Assembly (NCBI RefSeq): GCF_031769215.1
Contig: NW_026782401.1
Location: 186,001 to 250,000, forward strand
Origin: Ylistrum balloti
Taxonomy: Eukaryota
DNA length: 64,000 bases
Reading direction: 5' to 3'
Part shown: positions 13,701 through 28,896 of the stretch, piece by piece
Numbering within the stretch: position 1 is the first letter of the stretch
How the letters are laid out: each line of letters opens with the position of its first letter
Made by a program: the position numbers and the translations under genes
The notes under the pieces: model-generated
What the model was told of the DNA's origin: nothing
The model's input: the letters and a program-made list of their open reading frames with translations, nothing else
Databases searched by the model: none

Positions 13701-16700
13701 ATCTAGCAATAACAACTTTTATTTTCATTTTACTACCCGGGGAAATGAAAAATCAGATGATAACAAATGAATGTTTTTATTTGTTTTCTTCTTAAAGCGT
13801 ACAATAGCATTCAAATATCATGTCTGATTTTAAAATAGATATACCTATATATCATAGGCAACTCATATTAAGGGATGATATATGGCTACCTCAAGAGTAG
13901 ATGAAAAGGGAACCAGTTGCCGAAGTAAACTATATCAGCAAATTACAAGGGTACCAACAATAGAATACCAAAATAAAAGGGAAAGAAAAATATGCATATA
14001 ATCTGAGAAAACTAAGCACAACTAATGATATCAATGCCAGTTTTTTCCTTCAGGTCGAGTTCGGTAGGTCCACCATTAGTGGTATAATTATGATTTTAAT
14101 TTTACTCAACGAAATAATTTCAGTTGTGTTCCCAGTTTATCCTTTAGAAGAAGAAAGTGCGATAAAAGATCTGCACAAATATCACTCAAATTCTATGTAA
14201 GTAAGATTATAAGATATGTATTTGTTCAGAAAGAAATCGATCAATTAAACTTTACACGTGAAGTTGTATTCGGATATTTGAGAGCAAATACAATACCTTT
14301 AGAAACACCTTTTCAAAACATGTGTTTTTTCTCTGTTGTGTTTCCCTATGCTCTCGGCACGATTTGTCTCAAAAGTTGTGTAGGGCCCGGCTACCGGCAA
14401 GCGAGATTCAGGGGATTAGAAATGTAGAGTATTGAAAGATGTCTTCCATCATGTCAGGATTCAGAGAGTTGATACAGAAATACGGGGACTACCAAATATA
14501 TAATTAACACAGTGGTAGTTTGAGCATACATTTACCAGCACGCCGAGATTAAGATAATTGTCAAGACTCTCCCATTTCACCAAACCTAAGAGAATGGAAC
14601 ATAAATATGCCAGTACTCCGAGATTCAGAAAGTTGAAAAATATTTACCAGTTACTGAAAGGGAAAAATAACACGTTATACAGGCAGTAGACCACTAGCCT
14701 AGTACAATCTTTAGAATAATTAAGAGGATTGATCGTTCACCATGGAGAACACTGGTATTCAGTCTATATAAAATATAAAATTTGTTTGAGATTTTACAAA
14801 AACACATATTTCAGATATTAAACTCTTGTTGTCGTCCAAGAAGAAACAGTATCAAATTTAGTAATTTGACTTTCGTCTAGAAACAAACGGATTGAATTAA
14901 AGGTAAAAATGTAGTTATGTAAAAATAATTTTGTATTTATTACAGTTGCGTCGTATTTAAAAAAGGTCATAAACATTTTAGTCTTTTAAGCCTATTAAAG
15001 AACAAAGAAGCACTAAGGAAATTGATGTTCTCTTTGTTAAGACAAGACAAAAAGTTAAAGAATAAATTTCTTTTCATTTATTTTTAAATGCTGATAAATA
15101 CGTTTGAATGCCAAATGCAGACTTTGTCTTGATGATTTACTTGTAGTGCGGACGTTCAACAACAAGGTACTTGCCTCGTAAACAACCTAAATGGGCGAGA
15201 GTCCATTGAAGTTTGTATATATAATATTTCCGAGATTTGCAACTTGACAATTATAAATATGTTTTTGTAACATAACCTCTATTTGTACGAACGTTTTTCT
15301 AACGAATCATGTTTCAGTACTTTCATTGAGGTAAAGACAGTTTCTAAATTTAGATGCTAATTTATTAATGAGTGTTTCCTCTTCCAGATTATAATGATGT
15401 TGTCGTTCAGTTTTAAAAGCTTATGAATACAATTACAATCATACCATTATAACTCTTCCCTTGATTTGTATGACATAAAGATCGTCCGAAGTTAACATTT
15501 AGATATAATAATGCTGTTCAAGGACAACACTGACTAAACTGAAAATAACATTTTCGTGGTTTTCAAATTTTTTTAGACATTTCATCTAAAAAGCCTAAAA
15601 GTCTCCCTTACTAAGAAGAAATATCAATTATGAAAAAAATGTATATATCAATTTGTGGACCTCTCGTGGACGAGTAATACCCACTTATCTAACGAAAATA
15701 AATGACCCGCGACAATTAAGATCATACAGTAGATACTTACTGTTAATTTTGACCTTCATGCTGGTTATGTAAGAAAAAAATTATAGTACCTTGCATTTGC
15801 TACTTCACCGAACAACGCTCTTTCAAGTACATTACCTAGTGCTTAAATTAAGTTTACTGTTGAGAATATCTTTGATTGGATTGATACCTCTGTCTCTTTA
15901 ACAGTCTCAATTTGATCGTGAATTCCGAAATTGCAAGAACATCTGTATATCAAAGCAAATGTTTTCATTAAAGATACGTGCAAATCAAGAGCAGTATAAG
16001 ATATATGAGACCGAAGTACACATTTGTGACAAAGATTTGAGTTAACTTAGGCTTGTACTAAATCGACTAAAGTTAATTGTAATGATTCTTGTTACCAACA
16101 GACCATCACCTTTTTTCACGTGAGAAACTTTTATGTTTGTTTGGCATTTGAGAAATTAATCAATGTTGAAATACAAAGAAAATTTACAGTAAAAGACGTT
16201 TATTTAGTTACGAATTACGATTCCTAATTTCATTAATTTAACCCAGGAATTATTGTGTATTTCGTACTTGATCCATACGCACACGTGAAATGTAAAATAC
16301 TTTTCCATATAAACATTAAAAGTGTGTCAGTGATTATAACACCAACTCCTTACATCAAGAATGAGCAATTTACTACACAAATGTGTTATACCTGTGATCA
16401 AAAATCAATAAACTTCCCAAAACGTGATAACATTTTGAAAGTAAAACAGTTTTAATGATATTCCACTTTGCAATGATATGTTACTACCATAATTATATAA
16501 CCTTCCTAGTTTGTAAAACATGTAACAGATGAAAACGAATAATAACTCATAAAAAATGACAGCTTTTTAATATGTTATTAGTATAATTTAGATAAATATG
16601 GGTATTTAATGCTATTATGGAGTAATACAGACTTCATTGGTTAATTTGACTCATTTCGATGTATTATGTGATAGATTATATACATGTATATGTATCTTTG

Positions 16701-19700
16701 GTTTTCAAACTTTCAATATGATACATTTCGTTTCTTAACCTTTCTCGATGGTCTTAGAAATAGAGAATGTATTGATATATCGAGAGATGTAGCACTTGGT
16801 TTAATTGAAATGTCGATCCCAATGTCACAGACATCGAAATCCTTATGACATTTTGAAAACATATCTCTGAAAAATGGAATTTTAGAAACGTCTCTCTGAA
16901 AAAGTTAAACTGAAAGTAGCTGTAGATATTCTTTCCTAATTTAAAGGGATCTTTGTTCGATATATTTCTCATTACTGGTTGGTTAGAGCAAGTTTCTTTG
17001 TTTATGGAGATATTTCATTCGTCAAAAACTTTCGTTATAAACGTCAATCAAAATAAATAACATTTGTAATGAATTAAATGATTTAAATCTCTGCGCACAC
17101 AGACACACACGCTGCACATGCATTTTCTGGATGACGAGATAACAATTCGTACATGGCTAGCAGGGTGGCATAGAAAAATATCTTAGATTTTAATCAGTTA
17201 TCACTAAATGTTCTCTCTCATCCATATGTCATCCAAATGGAATGCTGATTACGTTATTGGGATCATCCATATGTCATACCTCCACATTTATAATAATAAA
17301 AGATACATAAAGAACTAAAAACCAGAGAAAATATCACATACATGTGGCAGCAGAGAACACGTTATGATGACAACTTTGCATTTAATCTTCATTCACTTAT
17401 CAGAAACATCGTAAACTTTGTGAGCTGTGTTCTGATATCACTGAGATAGTCAGTTATTGTTTGGTTTTAAATAGCTTCTATAGAAGCATTCAACATACGA
17501 ACATATCTTTATATTTTTGTAAAACAAGTTAATTAATTAATTAACAAATAAATTAGAATTTGAGAAATTGCTTTTATTGTAATTCAAAATAAATATTTGG
17601 AAGTTTATTAGTCATTTTTGCTGCAGAAATTTGCTATGCCATTTCGTCTTTTCAAGAATCATTCGTTTGGGTGTCTTTAGTCTGGGTTTTGTTTTAGCTT
17701 TTCTAGAATCTTTTGCTTTCAATTTCATTTTACAAGAAAGTCATTTCATGTCTCAATGTTTTGCTATTATGTCTTAATTATCTAGAATTTCGATCTCTCT
17801 GAGGTAATCTTCAGACAAATTTGATTTTGTCACTTCCTGTGAGAAGAGATGCTTGCGCTAATGGTACAAAAAGATAAGACCTTGCCAAAAACTACAACAC
17901 AGACATGCAGCATTTTTCTCGAATCGCGTGTCACTTTAATGATAAACGACACAACTTGGAGTGGAAGTTTCATTCCTAAGTGTAGCTATGGATAAATCGA
18001 CATTATTGCAGCCAATGAGCACCACGTTTTCAATCACGTGGTGTGACCTGGTGTGTTCTTCAACAGCAGGTTTCGCTAAAACCTTTTTCTTTCAAGAGAA
18101 ATGTCTTTATCTCAAATATTAACTAAGGGCATGTTTGTTATTATTTTCAAAACATTTTAGATCATGAAATAACTTTTATGCTGCAGAATCGCAAAAAATA
18201 TCCACAATAACCATTAAAAAAATCTGAATGACGTCATCACTCTTTACATGAAATAAAAAGATACATACACAGAAAAATATCATCTGCTACTTAAGCTTCA
18301 ATTTTCGGGTAGATCCTATTGATCTTTAATTAAATCGATTTAATACCATTAAATTTAGCTGATAAGCGGCACATCCACGACAAAAGCATAAGTTTGATCA
18401 ATAAAAAGGTCAAAATCGTCGACCTTCATGCATTTAAACCAAAGAGTTTTTACACGTTGACCCCCATTAAGAACTTTGATATTCTCCATTTTAAGAAATA
18501 TTGTAATCATAGTTACTCGTGTAGTAGCAGATATTGATAAGGGTAATTTTAGTATTTAGAACATGTAGCTTCAATTGGATAAATTGTTATTTAAAAACAA
18601 GCAAAAGATACACAAACAATAAAAAGAAAATTCAATACAGGAAAATCGAAAAACCGAAATCAAAATGTCACATTGAAATCGCAACATCTTGAAAATCGAA
18701 CAAAAACATACAAGCCGTTAAGTCCTTCTAGGACTAGTCAGAGTATAAAGGGCCAAAATTTCGAAACATAAGAGGTGAATTAGGATTAAGCAAAAGTGAT
18801 CGAAATAAATCCCAAAATTGATATTGGGAATACATTTGTCTCATACTTCAATAAATTAACATGGATTCATAAAATAAAAAAAGAACATACGCCGTTCAGA
18901 ACAAGTCTGTTTCTCACCATTTGAGTTGTTAAGGGATATTCAATTTGACACTGAGATGAAATAGAAATGTAATGTTATGTACAATTAAACATATTTTATT
19001 TGATATATCTGGAAGATAGATGATAGATATGAATGCATAAAATCACAAACAGAACACAAAACAATATTAGTTTACTCTGTTTCACGCAGTTTATTGATGA
19101 TAACAAAATGCAAGTTTGCAAAACAGGAAACCGGTACATTAATATGTAAAACATCAATCATTTCAATTTCGTTTCAAAACATAATTCTTCCTCATTTTTA
19201 TTTTTTAATTGCATCAATATACATGAAAATGGTATTCCCTCTAAATTGCAAAGAAAAAATTAAATTGACTCAAAATTAATTACTTGTGGTGTTTACTTCT
19301 TACAAAAATGATATAGAAACAAATCTGTACCAAAAAGTCAATAAAACTTATTAACAATACATCAATAGGTAGTTTTTTTTATTAAGTTTGAATTAGGCTT
19401 ATTTGAAGATTTGAGATAGTATCTCTCTGTATTTAATCTACTTCCAAGATATATTGAGGTGACAGTGGCAATCCTGATGTTTCTAGGTATGATTGAATTC
19501 TAGAATGATCAAACGACGCTCAACCACCGGAGACGATCACTTTTAAGATTTTCTGTTGATCTTGTGGTAACTAGGTCTCTTACCTGAGCGCCACCTGCAA
19601 AGAGCTACGAACATTAACGAGGTGATGGTACGGTAAAATACACATGAAAGAAACGAGGTAAATGATGTTATGACTGATATGAGATAAAACTACTTCACGT

Positions 19701-20200
19701 ACACAATCAGCGCTTTGATTCATGGACCGAACACATTGTGTCTGGACATGCAAGATTACATCACGTGATAGGATATTCTCCAATCAAAATTCGTTTACAA
19801 TTTTATGAAAATAAAGTTGAAATCGTCTAATCATTCAGAGAGAAAGCATATTGAGGAACATATCTGAATTGTGAAAATTTACTTTTTTTTATTAATTGTT
19901 GCTCTGAATGAATTTTATCAATATTTTGTGAATTGAAAGCAAACAATTCAACTAAACATACCGACATAAAGTAGCATTCATTTTATGATGTTCTATTCGT
20001 TGTTTACACGTGAATATTAACCGATAAAATTTTAAAGCAGTAAAATATAAATCCATGTTTAATTCATAAAGATTATTTAGTAATACAATTATCATCAAAG
20101 CTATCAGCATCCAATTGCAAACATAAATCTCTATGATGATATGATCATTGTAATTACGATGTGACCAAAGGACACTCAGAAAGGAAATAGGTTTATCTTT

Positions 20201-20390
20201 CACATGTTGTGCCCGCCAGGATGAGATCTACCGTCACAACATATGAACCTCCTCAAGAGATATCCCAGCACCACATGTGGCAATTTCAGAAGATCACCTT
20301 TCACCACATTTGGCACGCGTCCGGATGTCTCTTTGTCACATGTGGCACCCGTCAGGTTTCTCGTCGCCACATTTAGCACCCGTCTTCTGA
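20201..20390. repeat. Degenerate tandem array, ~31-37-bp period, 6 units, core CCACATGTGGCACCCGTC
   Basis: CACAT(G/T)TGGCAC-type cores start at 20201, ~20238, 20272, 20305, 20337 and 20368. Confidence 0.75.
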
Positions 20391-23340
20391 CACACTCATA
20401 CTGTAAAAAAAGATAACAATTGTCTGAAAATGATATCTGACATTAGGGTTAATTTCTGATGAGAAATGTTCATCAAAAACATTGATAATAAAACAGTATT
20501 TATATAACACTGATAATATTGAATAGATGTCGATTCAACATACCTCTCCGGAGTTTGAAATAACAAACGTACGATAGGACCGCCAATTTTGTAAGTATTT
20601 TGTTCAAAAGAGCAAAACGAAAACTAAAAAAAAAAAAAAAAAAAAATCTGGATTTCTTTCGCTCATATGCACAATGTATTGATATTGCCTACTCTATTAA
20701 AAACGAAAAAAATGTTTTTAAGAAATTAGCTTTTCTTTCGAAAAAACTCAAGGAATATTCACTGTGACCTTGTGGTGAAATCTGAAACACGAAACCATGT
20801 AATGAATGGCTGTAGTTCATCATGGTATAATGTTTTATTAAGTTGCTGCAGTGATTTGGGTCATTTGGGGATAAGATGTCACGCTATGCGACAGGAGGAG
20901 AGAACAGACATGGTTGATCCGTCCCATTAATTGACACAAAACCGAAATTATAAAACAACTTTATAAGCAAAAATGTCCTCGAATTATCGTTACTAGGTTT
21001 TATTTTTCACACTGATCTATTGTTTTGTTACGTTTCTCATATTTCTAAAGATAATATTACATGCCATTCTCCATTTCATTTTGAATTCGGAGAATTTTAC
21101 AGAGTAATGATACAACGAGAACTCAAAATTGCCATTCTAACTGGAAAACACCAAAGCCAAACTATACACAAACCGAGCGATGCAGGGAAGTAACTGCTTC
21201 CGTAGTCTAACATGTTATCTTCCAGAGTTTCCGGAACCCACTGTGGGGTCTGTATTTATGCTTAGCGGTTTGAAGATGATAGATAAAGATATTGAAAGAC
21301 TATATCATTTAATAAAGTACACAAACTACTGTCGATATAAGCTTTAACAATGAAAAAGTGTTGTATTCTTACACAACTTGTTTTGAGGATTATGTAAATT
21401 TCATAATGGAATAATTGTCTTTCGGTTCAAATTTTGTCATAGATTTTGTACATGACGAACATGAATGGAACAGCATCACATGTTTTGATGTTCAACGTCT
21501 AAGTCAGGTAAATGATTCCACATGCCAAAAAAGATACGGAAATCCAGATGTATCTATATATATACTTTAAAAACATTAAACTATATTATTTAAAATTCAT
21601 TTAATTATTCACAATTTACCGTTAACCAGAAATAAACTAATACTATTTTTTCAGTTTTTAAGTCAAGTTTCATGTAAAATATGTGTTCAAGGTTATAATA
21701 TAGTTATATATAACAATCATGTTAATTAACCGTTTTACCTGTACACTGGTTATGATACAGCCAGACTTGTTATTCCCTCATACCTGTAATATAGTCGATG
21801 CTCAGGCAGAAACGTCATACTTAATGCTAGCGGTGCAGTCAGATTGGCAATATATATCAACACGGGGTGCCAGATTAAAAGGAAAATTGTGAAAGCTTTT
21901 AACATTTAATGTTTATTATCAAATAAATGTTGAATAAATCTATTCATTATTGAATCGTTATAGCTGTAAATAAGAATTTGGAGTGATGTTTCTGAAATAA
22001 ACCACCTGTTTATTTTTTTCTTTATTGTTTTAAAGTGCATACGACCATTTTTAGGCGAACGTGAGTCTCTTTAAAAATGTGGTTGAGAGTTGCCGGCATG
22101 TCTACACGACTGATATTACCGCAGTTCTCTGAAAGGTATTGTTTATTTGACAAGATATGAATAAAATGCATTCTTTTTACATAAAAAACATTTGTAATAT
22201 AAGAATATTTATATATATTTCAATGTCAAACATATATATTTCAAATTACAGGTCATGTATTATCCAGCTCCAGCGCGACATACGTAATTTGTAGCTTAGT
22301 CTTTAGAGTGTCATTCCTGATTTCCATACTTATTACTCTTTAAAATAAATGGTCTAAACACATACAAAGTTAATAAGGATTTGCATACATTAAAAAAAAT
22401 AACAGACATGCCACCCAAATGCAATGCTTTAATATGGTGCCATGTACAACATTAAGACAAATGACATACGAATCTAAGGTTGGGCTTTTACGTCTTAATG
22501 AAATAGATGAGAATTAAAAAAGGCGTGGTGTAGCGTTATACAAGATTTTTGTCACAAGCACAGAAAAGGAACAACTCATAATGTCTACATTATATGGCAC
22601 TTGTTAGCAATACTCATGATAAAGACACTAAATATTTGATAATCGATAACCACTGTTCATCAATACGATATAAACATGTCCTTTTGGGGGTGTCATTGAG
22701 GCTTAATAGTGAAGCGATATGACGTCGCACATTGATGATGGGTAGAAGGTCCAGACCGAAATGTTTACTTCTTTGTCTTTATTTCTTAATTATTCAATTA
22801 CGAACATAGGGTATGGTATATTTGATCATAAATCGACGATATCAATTTTAAATGAGTACTTTAAGCTACGATTGACAAGTTCAATTGCTCAAAATTTTCA
22901 TTACAACAAACTATTATGCGTATCACGAATCAAGTTTTAACAGTTAGTTTATGTCGATATTTTTACAATGTGGTGTCACAATATTTTTTTCCGTAAAGAT
23001 GACTTCTTTGATAGATAGCAAGCAACGGCCAGCTGTTGTTGATATACTGAAATAAGAGTGTTCTAAACCATCTGTGAGCAATTATTTCAATTAGTTTCTC
23101 AATGAACATTGAAAAAACAGTAGACAATAACATCTACATGATGTATTTTAGTATTTTAATGATTTCCATATTAAAACACGGATGTGCGAAACGCTTCTAA
23201 GTCTCAACCTAGGTTTTAACGATTTAGAAGGATCTTGGCAACACGGAGGACTCCCAGAAGGGCAAAAAAAAAAAAAAAAAAAAACTTTTTAAAAAGTTTA
23301 ATATTTGTTTTTATATAATTCTAATTGTATTCGTTTTAAA

Positions 23341-23470
23341 TACAGTCGAACCTCATTATCCCGCAGTCGGCGGTACAGTGGAATAACCGTTTTCTGAATA
23401 TCTGATTTAAGGAGTTCAAATGTTTAGCGTTAAATTTGGCCGGCGCCAATGAAATGCTTCGAGCCTAATA
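23341..23470 (+). mobile_element. Tc1/pogo-type MITE left end (TA + CAGTCGAACCTC terminal inverted repeat)
   Basis: TA|CAGTCGAACCTCATTATCCCG matches the typical TA-target pogo/Tigger-like TIR start. No partner TIR was found nearby. Confidence 0.5.
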
Positions 23471-24469
23471 CGTTTGGTACTTCTCCACAACTTTCTTCCT
23501 TGCATTTTTATATACAGCAGTGGCGACCTTAAAATCATCCTTGTATATTACTATGTTTTAGATTTGTTGTCATTTCGTTGAAAACTATGTGAAAATGTGA
23601 AAAATCTTTTGGACATGAAAAGCTGTGACTGCCTGTTTGGTATCAGATAGGGAAAAGATGGATATATATTTGGTGACTTGTTATATCATAAATATACCTT
23701 ACAAAGCACTATTTCCGTTGAAGAACGTACGTTACAAAACAACATAATGTCACTTACGATGGTGGGACTCTTCTATAGTAGAAATGTACATTCGTTGGAC
23801 AATATTTCCACTCCCTACGTGTAACAATAGACACAATATCTTCTTTGTGTTAACACTAGTAATAATTCCACGTTCTTTAGTGTTGTAAATCCGAGAAAGC
23901 AATCGCATTACAGGATCAGAATAGTAAAATACATGAGATTGATTTTTTTCTTTTGCGTAGGAGAGTGTTCATACATACAATGCGTTACTTAGACTACAAT
24001 GTAGACAACAATATTTCCTTTATGATATCCATATCACTTACAGGCAAATAAAAATGAATCACAAATAGAAATGTGTACTTTCATGGAGACAGAAAGGATT
24101 ACAGTAAAGGGCTCGACTGAGTGTGAATCTAGCAATTCTTGATTAGTTAGCATTAAGCTATCCTTCCATATCATAAGAGAACTATTAACTTGTTTTCTTT
24201 GATATATGTATTTCACAGATTTAATAGTTTTGTTTATCAAAGTTAAGAGTGGCATTAATGAAATGGGATATTTTGCGCCTAATTATATAAATTGTGACAT
24301 TTTGTCTAAAATAATTTAAAGCAATCGATGTTATAAGATTTGTTTTCATCAATCAGTATACTTATAATGTAACGTAAGACAACGTCAAACACCAACTTCA
24401 TATAACAATTGAAATTTTCATTAAGACCCAAAGTTAAGTACAAAATTACCATGTAATTTTTACCTTTCT

Positions 24470-24860
24470 ACACAAATATCCCAATTAATAAGAATAGACT
24501 CTTCGTATGATTTGTGTTTGGAAATTATAAACTTGAGAAATGAATTTGACCTTTGATATATTATAGTAACCTTTCCTTTTATATGTAGGAACATTCCAGA
24601 GTCGTGATATCGATACTACAGTGGATTTTAAAAATAATCATGTACAAACATATTATAGTTACAGTATATGCCAAATATTGAATTAAACAGCATCATGCAG
24701 CTGTTGTTTCCTTCCAGAGCTCATCCTTGAAGCGAGGGCATAAATTATTGATATCCAGAAAGTAAGTTAAGAAGTCGGTCGGTACATTTGGTACAGTATA
24801 TTCTCCATTGTCAGGTTTGTCTGTGTATATGTGACACGTTAACCAACAGACTATTTAACT
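24470..24860 (+). mobile_element. PLE relic (RT thumb region)
   Basis: The frame from 24506 reads YDLCLEIINLRNEFDL*YIIVTFPFICRNIPES (cf. SYLDLHLEI...RDDFNFPIVNFPFICSNIP). Weaker similarity continues to ~24860. Confidence 0.6.
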
Positions 24861-27800
24861 AAGGTTTTCTACATGAGATTGTTTTTGTTTTTCGTGAAGA
24901 AATTTTAGGATAAAAATGATTAACTAATATTGAAGTGTCTACAACGATCAATAAGGTCTAAACCCTATAATTTTATATTCTGTATCGACTTAAGATCTAT
25001 TTACGATCCCGTTAAGAATTAAAGATGTACTCTATAAATCTGCATTTTCTGTGAGAGTTTTTAATTACGTATCTTTACATTCCTGATAATGTTTAATTTC
25101 ATTTTTGGAGATATTGCATAATGATTATATGCAGTTAAATGGACTGTACGTTTTGTGAAATATTAATGTCTCGATAAACTGAATAACTATATCAATTTCA
25201 TCACTTGCAATTCTTGTCGTTTGAGAAAAAAGTGAGAATGAGAGTGAGAATAAAGGATTACATAGAATATACAGAAGTTGCTACAGTGCAGATGTGGTAA
25301 ATTTATAGAATTGTATACCATAATTCCATAAAAATTATTTCATCACATTGTTAACAATTATTCTCAGATGGTTTCAGACTGTTGGATTTCTATCAATTAG
25401 AAAGGAAAAAGAATGGTAGAAAGAAAACCACTTAACTATGTACGAATAATATTTCTCTTTGGTAGAAATTAGGATATTTTCTGTGTAAATAACAAAATAT
25501 TTAAGAAATGTTACTAGTATTAGATTAATTTGTGTTAATATTTTGACATTGTCTACTTTTCAGGTGAATATCATCAGTGAAAAGACTACAGTCCCTTTCA
25601 ATTCTTAATGATATTTAATCATTGCTCTGCTATCGGTGTCGTGTCGCTATCAATTATTGTTTAATGGTAAAATTAGTAATGGATTCCAGTGTATTATCGT
25701 TAAAATCTAGAAATTTATTTTGGGTTTCGTGTTTTATTAATGATTACAATTTATTTATGTATCATTTGGTTAAATGCACTTTTATTCAGTTATCTATTGA
25801 AACCGTTTTGCCACACTGCTTTGTACATTTCACGTTTCGTGCTTCATGCTTCTTTGTTTCCATACTTTTATATTTAGCTGTGAATTGAAACGTCATATCT
25901 TATTTCCGGGTGTGGATGCTAATAACATCGTGTTTTATTTTAAAGATATCCAATTCATCCTAAAATAAATAACACTGAAACGGCCTCTATCTTCGTCACC
26001 ATGTTTCAGGTATCATTATTGTTGTATCATTTATGCTAGTTATCACAGCTCTTTAAAGCAGAGCTTCCAATTATCAAATTAAATTTAAAACGTTATATAA
26101 CTGGTATTTGTACAGTTGTGAACTAAGAACAAAACGAAATTAACAAACTAGAACAGTAAAATGAAATGAACATACAACACCTTAGCAATAGATGAGAGTA
26201 CACAAAACGGAAAGTTAATCAACAACCAAGTACATGTAAAGCGTGTGTACCATACATGATACTTGTTCACACGTCTCCGGTATAGTATGTAGGTGAGTTC
26301 GTAAGATAAAGATGTATTAATGTATTAATACGGCGAATGGAATAATATTGGGGGTGGTAGGGGTCGATTTCAAACTTTCCAAGAAAGATACTTTTGCTGC
26401 CAAGATATTGCTTGTTACTGATGATAGTAATATCTAGATATTTTCGGGATGAAACATATGATGAGTTGATATCCTTGAAAATATATCCTTTTTACCAAAT
26501 AAATGATATCTTAAGGTATTGTAGGTATCGGATATGTGTATATTAGCGATTAGTACGAAATTTGAGATAAAGCCGTGTTTAAAAGCGTAAATCCTTTCAT
26601 TAACATCAGATGTCGCCGATGAAGCAGAAGACGCTTATCCTTCTGGGATAACTTTTCTTTGTTCCTTTGTTCATTTAAACAAACGACAGAAAATTTATAC
26701 ACATTGATGATTTCTATTGAATGTTTGATAAAAATAACCAACGATATAGTGATTCCCTCTGTCGATATTTCAGTTCCATAAACATCAATAAACCAAGCAC
26801 AGTTTACATTACCGATCGTAATATAAATATGAAAATCAATCATTTGAATGAGATAGACATATAACCAAAAAAGAGATTTTGATTATTTTTATAATGTGCC
26901 AGGAAGTTAAGTTAAAGACTGTTTAAGTAAGAAACCGTCATATTACTAATATGCTGACAGGTAAACGATATTTTTATTTATCTTACCAGAATGTTGTTAA
27001 TGATGCAAATCTGTCTTCAAAAATCTATATAAAGATATCATATTTCTTAATAACAAACAAACAAAACAAAGGAAAATGACTTTACTTATAGCAGTAATTT
27101 TTCATTCTTTTTCAAAAAAAAAGAAATACTGAATTACAATGCAATTTTTTGATGAGTGCGACTCGATCCAATATATTTTCATCTGTTATGTGTAAGTGTT
27201 AATAGCTCAAAAACGAGTTTATTTCATCAGACAATTGTTATAGAGTTTTCCTTGTCGATTCCATCGATAATTAGCCTTACCTTTTCACTTGTCTAACATC
27301 TGAACGTCAACATATGTTTCTAATCTATGTAATTATGTACGGTATGTATCATAATGGTTTCATTTTATCTGATAAAACTTTACTCACCTTTTTTACACGT
27401 GTTAATCGTTTGTTCCAAACAGGATATCTATACTTAACGCTATTTTCGTCGACAGCTGGTGGTTACTTAGTGTGTCCTCTCTACTTAATTAACTCGCTGT
27501 TAAATATATATGCCGTGTCCCCGGACTTTATTAATGTCAATGTAAAATATGATACCATCGGGTCATATCAGTATTTTTCAATTTCTCGCCTTAAAGTTCA
27601 TCATAATTGGTGTCATGCATTAAGTCTTCGATTTACTGTCATATAATGGCAGTTCTGGAACAAAACATATCGGGACCCTAAATCTCTAAAATGTTGTATG
27701 ATACATTTTGTTAATAACTTTAAATATACTGAATCAGTTGTGGAATTTTCACAATCTATGAGTATACCGAAATACTTAATGATTCTGTATATTCACATTA

Positions 27801-27894
27801 TAACATATACTTACTATTTCAAACGAATCCAGCAGTCATAATTGAATAACAAAATACTCTGTACGAAATTAACAATAAAGAAATCTTCTGTAAG

Positions 27895-28389
27895 CAAATG
27901 TATGTGTTAAAACTTACACCTTGAGATGTACAAATGTATGTGATAAAACTTACACCTTGATATGTACAAATGTATGTGTTAAACCTTACACCTCTATATA
28001 TACAAATGTATGTGTTAAAACTACACCTTGAGATGTACAAATGTATGTGTTAACACTTACACCTTTACATGTACAAATGTATGTAGTCAAACATACACCT
28101 TTATATGTACAAATGTATTTGTTAAAACTACACCTTGATGTGTAGAAATGTATGTGTTAAACCTTACACCTCTATATGTACAAACGTATGTGTTAAAACT
28201 TACACCTTGATATGTACAAATGTATGTGTTAACACTTACACCTCTATATGTACAAATGTATGTGATAAAACTTACACCATGATATGTACAAATGTATGTG
28301 TTAAAACATACACCTCTATATGTACAAACGTATGTGTTAACACTTACACCGTGATGTGTACAAATGTATGTAGTCAAGTTTACACCTTG
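27895..28389. repeat. 36-bp minisatellite, ~14 copies
   Basis: Unit CAAATGTATGTGTTAAAACTTACACCTTGATATGTA starts at 27895, 27931, 27967, 28003, 28038, 28074, 28110, 28145, 28181, 28217, 28253, 28289, 28325 and 28361. Two units are 35 bp. There are no spacers. Confidence 0.97.
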
Positions 28390-28896
28390 CGATTATATGT
28401 ACACATTATCCGTGCAATTCTTAATCAGCCATGTGAAGAAATGTATAGAGTATCACGACTTCTTTATATGGTCATATACAAATGTCTTGGAAACTATAAA
28501 AAGCTATGTAGATATGCATTAAGATATGATTTCATCCATATCCCATATGAATTCCATCAGTGTATCTGGATATTGTAGTCAACAAAGATAATGTAACTAT
28601 TATATGACCTTTGTGTTTGTAATTTGTATTTAAAACCACTTCTGAAGGACGTACAAAGCTATGGTATAGTGCCTACGTAAGCTTGGTGTTATCATTTTGT
28701 TTGCTCGTCTGGGACTTCATCCTCCTTGTTACGTAACAATCGCCACCGCTCTACTGCATTCTAATACATTGTCTCCCTTCCATCGCCTACACGTCTGTGT
28801 GGCTACACTTCGCCCGTTACTTTAGATAGCCATTTTACCACAAAACTAAACGTTTCAGGTATAATGAACAGTTCTGCTGACTCGATAATACATATG

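Noticed and set aside
19584-19594. 11-nt microexon TTGCAG|GTGGCGCTCAG|GTAAGA (minus)
   Set aside because: There is no host gene or flanking exons, and the same bases are equally explained as a CTCF-like motif.
26380-26480. LINE RT fragment VSSRKYLDITI (minus)
   Set aside because: A single short motif without supporting neighbouring motifs.
27895-28389. CRISPR array (36-bp repeats)
   Set aside because: The units are head-to-tail with no unique spacers, there are no cas genes, and the context is eukaryotic.
27819-28578. Cys-rich repeat proteins (ORFs 27819..28040, 28087..28377, 28135..28578)
   Set aside because: These are by-products of a 36-bp satellite. They are open on both strands and broken by the 35-bp units.
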